Shown in pieces: positions 63,471 through 64,000 of a stretch of DNA of 64,000 bases (positions within the stretch are counted from its first letter, which is position 1; each line of letters begins with the position of its first letter). Both the position numbers and the translations under genes were made by a program. Origin of the DNA: Carcharhinus amblyrhynchos (lineage: Eukaryota); assembly GCA_965287045.1 (NCBI GenBank), contig OZ336879.1, positions 14,694,001 through 14,758,000 of the forward strand. Reading direction: 5' to 3'. Below the pieces are notes generated by a model. That model saw nothing but the letters and a program-made list of their open reading frames with translations. It was not told the origin of the DNA and searched no databases.

Positions 63471-64000
63471 CCACTAAGTTTAGTGGGGGCTATAGCACAT
63501 ATAAATAAGGCACATCCTAACCTGTTCAAATGGTCATGTTGAAATTAGGCTCCATTATGTTTTAATTTGATAGAGTTAATTTCAGTTATTTATTGGCCAT
63601 TAACTAAACAAGCCCTTGCTTATATTTTTAGTCAGGCTTAATATGATTAAAGGCCACATAACACTTGGGTCATGGTCTAACTATGTGTTAATGTCATCAA
63701 AATATGAACTGAGATTTGACTCTCACATCATCTTACTACTGGCCAAAAAATTGATAAAATAGCACACATCGTGCAAAGTTCACATAACAAAGGAGGTCAT
63801 TGTGCATCAGCCATTGTTATTATATAGACATCCATTTTCTTATATACACTAATAAGTGAGATAATGATTACAAAACGATGCATGCATCACATCACATGCA
63901 AATAGAAAGCGACCAGAAAGAACAGCAGGTCAACTGGATTTTATATAAATGCATAGGGATCACAATGTTAATAAGAAAAGATAATTGACAAAGTCAGAGT

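Noticed and set aside
1-64000. CRISPR array, operon or other prokaryotic/viral system
   Set aside because: No regularly spaced repeat-spacer array or dense coding; repeat content is vertebrate nuclear DNA

Overview
Eukaryotic, repeat-saturated, apparently intergenic or deep-intronic DNA from a cartilaginous fish. The HE1-type V-SINEs, CR1 LINEs with short tandem-repeat tails, a DeuSINE, Penelope and Harbinger-type elements point to a shark, probably a carcharhiniform; this comes from recalled repeat consensus shapes, not a search. I found no convincing host protein-coding exon, tRNA/rRNA gene or CRISPR array, and nearly all listed ORFs are repeat-derived or chance. Recognisable coding remnants are all transposon-derived: CR1 ORF2 (three young near-identical copies plus one ~1 kb RT fragment), a second EN-RT LINE family with a tRNA-like head, Rex1/Babar and L2 3' ends, a Penelope element with inverted termini and a hammerhead-like motif, a spliced Harbinger Myb/SANT pseudogene, a hAT transposase fossil, a Gypsy gag fossil and several candidate solo LTRs. 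Between the repeats are AT-rich, motif-dense unique islands resembling conserved developmental enhancers, one with a 57-nt cUUCGg-capped hairpin. I cannot support a wholly new biological system. The best leads are the tRNA-headed LINE with its head+tail SINE derivative, the transposase-less Myb/SANT Harbinger, the hairpin and a templated 63-bp duplication. Boundaries of degenerate repeats are approximate (about +/-20 bp); nested-insertion junctions were read base by base.
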